Source: Asterionella formosa (Eukaryota). Taken from it: a DNA stretch of 64,000 nt. The notes under the pieces were generated by a model. That model did not search any database. It was not told the DNA's origin and saw only the letters and a list, made by a program, of their open reading frames with translations. The stretch spans positions 1-64,000 of the forward strand of contig NKIB01012208.1 in NCBI GenBank assembly GCA_002256025.1, read 5' to 3'. A program made the translations under genes and the position numbers. Shown one piece after another: positions 60,219 through 64,000 of the stretch (within the stretch, counting starts at the first letter, position 1; every line of letters begins with the position of its first letter).

Positions 60219-61184
60219 GTCCCTTTAGACATAAATTCGAAAAAGTGCCGTAAACGGCGTCTTTGATGGTGGAACAAGCCAAGAAGCTGTGTCCATTTGA
60301 ATTCATCCAGACTTCAATTGACAACCAAATCGAAATCCTCAAGCAAGTAAAATTTGCCATTTCTGGATACTCCCACCCATTGATTCTGAATCTCAAGCAC
60401 CAACTAAATCAAAGAAGATGACATCACCCATCCCCACAAGTGGACAATCCAAGCAACAGAAGCACTAATGCATTGCTCACTTGCTCACTGCCTCCAAAAA
60501 CATGAAAACAAGACCTGGGAATGTTGTTGCACTATCACCTTCGAATGATTTACAAACTAAGGACTCACACTGGCCACACCTGCACACATTGTCTCCAAAT
60601 CATACTGCAAGCAAATTGTCGAAAACATGGCTGCAATATCCAAATGAGAGTAAATTCCAACGATTGGAAGCATGGTTTTATAAAAGAATCGGGATTGGAG
60701 GACTACAAATTGAATGGAAATCAAGAAGCATTTGGATTCATCCCAAAAAAATCCCTTTGAAGTCGTTCAGCATGGGAAACTGTCTTGATTTTGAGAAAAG
60801 TTTGAAGTCTTTACTCTGAATTATGAAGTGCACAACAAATCTATACTAAGCCCTACGTATCCTTCTACCTGGTAGCGTATATTGGCCTTCAGATTGCAAC
60901 CAGCGTACCAGGTACCGGTATAGGCTACCGGTACGACATAACGAGACATCCTTCGAACCCTTTGTATAAAAATATATATACCGGAATATAATTTAATGTT
61001 ACAACAAAGTCAATTACCCGGTAGTAAAATTGCCGATACCGAAATAGATATGAATTGAAAGTCTCTTGATTATACTGGGCGACCTAACACTGCGTTCCAC
61101 TCTTCTTTATTCGGTTACGACTCTCAACAGGAACGGGAACAGCAACTGCAGCTGCGTGGTATCGAAACCAACTCGGCGTTCAAT

Positions 61185-63260
61185 ATGAGCCGTTCTACTC
61201 CACTACGCGGTAACAGTGGCGGCAATCCGCCCTTTACCTTCGATCATCGATCCTTTGATTCAGCCGCAGATTCTACTGTCTCTTCTGTCTCAGGGTCCAC
61301 AGCAACCTCATGGTCTATCCCTCGAATTAGAGCGATCGGACTCTCTCGGAAAGTTGCCGACGGTCCCAGGCGATCGGGTTCTAGCTTTCGGGTTTCATTA
61401 AAACCAAACCGGTATCGCCAAACTGCTAGACGAGAGGGATGCGACGATTCAGAGGACGATGATATTGGATCATCATGCAACGTGAAGAATATATTTTGGA
61501 TCTTTGTGGCAGCTTTAGTGATGGGGACGGTTGTACGATTCATAGAACCAAATGCCTCCCGAATGGGGCCATTTTACGACGTACACGACAAGGTGTCCAC
61601 GGAAGATTTGATCGCTCAAGGGGAGATGAGTTCCCGAGCTGTGAGTGACGACGACGTACGCTTGCACCAAAAAACTCCCATTAATATAGATGAGACGAAG
61701 CAAGACGAACACACGGACGAAACTCAGGTCGTCCCTGTGGATGTCTCCCTCCGAGGAAGTCTCCCCCCACTCCCTCTCCAAAAATCCTTTTCAAATCAGG
61801 AATTCCCAACACAACGTGCCGCTCCCATTTTGATGAATGCTACTGAGAAAACATATCGTACCATAGCCACAGCAATTTCCAGCACTGGCGAAAGAACTGG
61901 CTGGGGACCATCCTTTCAACCCCGAGAAATTGGGAAGTCCACCGTCGTGGCCTATGTTTTGCCAGTCTATACCTGTTACAAACTCGCGTCTCAAGCGTTC
62001 AATCCATATAATTGGAACGACCCTGCCAATGATGGAGAATTTCATGATGCAGTACTTATGCTTCAAGCGTCGATTCATCAGAGCAGTGTGCGGAATCCAA
62101 ATTCACAATCGTCGTATGACTACGAAATGGTCGCTCTTGTTCATAAGGGTGTCGAACAATGTGAAGGTGGGGCAAATCGGACCCTCATGTTGCTAAATTT
62201 GGGATATCGAGTTGAAGTAGTTCGAGAACCAATCAATCAAGTTGACATCAAGAACAAGTATTTGAAAATACACGCACCACGAAACAATGGAGGACGAGCA
62301 GGAATGAAGGAGATGATCCGACTCTATGTATTCAAATTAGTGGAATACGAAATAGCTGTCTTGGTGGATACAACTACGTGGGTGTTACGCCCGCTTGATG
62401 CTACATTTGATATGATGTTAAATGGACCGAGCAATCATTCGTGGTTAGAGAAGCATGAAGATCACATTGTAAGGGAAAACTTCTATCCTAATGGAACAAT
62501 TTACAGGCAAGATACGTTGCCGAGTGAAATTGACATTATGTACACAAGAGACTATTCCGCCATGACACAAGGTAGTTGGAATACAGGGATCAGTCTAAAT
62601 TTCTTGCCAGTTCGACCAAATCTACAAATATTTCATAAGCTCATCAATACCTTTCAAAATACGGAGTATGATGCTAAATGGGGATGGGAGCACAAGGGAT
62701 ACGCCAAATTCACTGGATCTATGATGACAAAGGGACTTCTTACATATTTCTACAACGAAAAAATGCCAGACCAAAAGCTTGAACTCCATCGCTGCATTTA
62801 CAACAATATGGCGGATGTTCCCTACATTGCCGGAAACAAAGGCGAGAAGGACAATTGTCGTGATGTGAAAGAGCACAGAGAAGGACCGGATGGGAAACCA
62901 GTTCCTTGTACTGATTGTCGTATCAAGGAATGGGATAAAATTATTGTGGTCAATTTTCAAACATGTCAAGTTCCTTGGGTATGTCCATTTGTGGATGAGT
63001 TGGAGAATGTTCCTCTACTTATTCCAACGTTAAAGATGTGCCGTCGATTCCATCAATCCTGGTTTGCTTTAAGGGCATCGGTCGAAGCATCGTTTTTGAC
63101 TCCCGAGGAGCAAACGACGACTGCAGGAACATTTCATCCTGATATATTTAGTGGATATTGCATCCCAGGTGGTCCAAGAGGTGGCGCCTACGTAGCAATG
63201 GGGCTGAATATACACTTTCCCAATGGAATTTCTAACAATCGCAGTCCAACAACTCAATAG
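61185..63260 (+). CDS. Type II membrane GT8-like glycosyltransferase-family protein with degenerate catalytic motifs (691 aa)
   Basis: Cytosolic N-tail, TM (IFWIFVAALVMGTVV), stem, then DAVLMLQASIH, KEMIRLYVFKLVEYEIAVLVD, KGLLTYFY, ELHRCIYNNMAD and CQVPWVC, typical of the diatom GT8-like family. Confidence 0.8.
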   Translation: MSRSTPLRGNSGGNPPFTFDHRSFDSAADSTVSSVSGSTATSWSIPRIRAIGLSRKVADGPRRSGSSFRVSLKPNRYRQTARREGCDDSEDDDIGSSCNVKNIFWIFVAALVMGTVVRFIEPNASRMGPFYDVHDKVSTEDLIAQGEMSSRAVSDDDVRLHQKTPINIDETKQDEHTDETQVVPVDVSLRGSLPPLPLQKSFSNQEFPTQRAAPILMNATEKTYRTIATAISSTGERTGWGPSFQPREIGKSTVVAYVLPVYTCYKLASQAFNPYNWNDPANDGEFHDAVLMLQASIHQSSVRNPNSQSSYDYEMVALVHKGVEQCEGGANRTLMLLNLGYRVEVVREPINQVDIKNKYLKIHAPRNNGGRAGMKEMIRLYVFKLVEYEIAVLVDTTTWVLRPLDATFDMMLNGPSNHSWLEKHEDHIVRENFYPNGTIYRQDTLPSEIDIMYTRDYSAMTQGSWNTGISLNFLPVRPNLQIFHKLINTFQNTEYDAKWGWEHKGYAKFTGSMMTKGLLTYFYNEKMPDQKLELHRCIYNNMADVPYIAGNKGEKDNCRDVKEHREGPDGKPVPCTDCRIKEWDKIIVVNFQTCQVPWVCPFVDELENVPLLIPTLKMCRRFHQSWFALRASVEASFLTPEEQTTTAGTFHPDIFSGYCIPGGPRGGAYVAMGLNIHFPNGISNNRSPTTQ

Positions 63261-63609
63261 CATCACATTTTCTGAATCCTGCTCATCAGAGTGGGAAAGC
63301 AATGCATACTTACATTTCCAAGTCTTTGCGGGAATCAAATCATTCAGCAAGGGTGATTCGGTGGATGGCGATGGCTTGGCACATGCAAATGCAAATGCGG
63401 GCATGAGAAGGACCAATTCAATGTATAGACATCGTCAGCCATCGTATCGAGCTTTAGTCTGTACGAAACCAAAGAGGCGCAGCTGGAATTTTTCGACTAA
63501 ACGAGGTAATAGCTTTGCAGATTTTCCTTGTGGGAAGGTTTTAATTCAATGATAAACTTTCCTTTTGATATCTATGTGGATCTCTGATCAATATATTGTA
63601 ATTCTAATT

Positions 63610-64000
63610 CTATTTTAGATTGAGGATATCAACGTCGTCATTGATGTCGTCAATTTCGATCCACCTTTTCTTCAAGGGAACAGCCATAGTGCCAGTAAAG
63701 AGTGATCGGAAATCAGATGCATCTTCTATGTCACGAAAAGTCCTCCATTTTCGATCATCCTCACTCATATTGCCTTGTGTGCGTCGGTGCTCAACACTCA
63801 GTTCATCCATATGAATGAGTTGCTTGCCTAAATAATTCAAACCATCAATGGTACCAATGTCAAGCGGATATTGACCATCCTGCATCATCTGAGCGTAAAT
63901 ACAGAGATCATAGATTACCACATCACTAGCGTAGCTTGACCAAAGCTTTCGCTGTTCTTCTTCTGGGAATTGCTCCCATGTCGACATGACATGATTGTAA
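63610..64000 (-). CDS. 3' part of a hypothetical protein running off the window end
   Basis: The frame is open from the window edge through MSTWEQF...DILNLK* and has gene-like composition. Confidence 0.5.
   Translation of the reverse strand, partial: YNHVMSTWEQFPEEEQRKLWSSYASDVVIYDLCIYAQMMQDGQYPLDIGTIDGLNYLGKQLIHMDELSVEHRRTQGNMSEDDRKWRTFRDIEDASDFRSLFTGTMAVPLKKRWIEIDDINDDVDILNLK

Noticed and set aside
60290..60840. Possible retrotransposon remnant
   Set aside because: No RT, RNase H or endonuclease motif could be identified with confidence.

Overview
Eukaryotic nuclear DNA, almost certainly from a diatom: short GT-AG introns, bipartite ASAF/TQAF plastid-targeting peptides and diatom-type gene families. 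Gene islands alternate with AT-rich transposon graveyards. Recognisable genes are plastid ferredoxin-sulfite reductase and plastid FtsH (head-to-head), an NDUFA4/B12D-like gene in two copies, an MSS116-like DEAD-box helicase with a CCCH finger, a cold-shock/RGG protein, MGST3, two glycosyltransferase-like membrane proteins and a ~2,200-aa Ser-rich protein. The graveyards hold a truncated Crypton-type tyrosine recombinase, pogo, Tc1/IS630-like and Plavaka remnants, MITEs, a dispersed ~1.05-kb repeat and ~185-bp tandem repeats. The best hidden feature is a complete box C/D snoRNA inside the long intron of the sulfite reductase gene. Its guide points to LSU rRNA G2395 (yeast numbering), which makes it an apparent snR190/SNORD12 orthologue in an unexpected metabolic host gene. 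Other notable items: pervasive intergenic TA-CC(W)GG-TA palindromes, a glycosyltransferase-like gene with a possibly foreign domain, a GT8-like protein lacking catalytic motifs, and a gene duplicate more identical inside the gene than upstream of it. All family calls come from motif recognition by eye; no database search was run.
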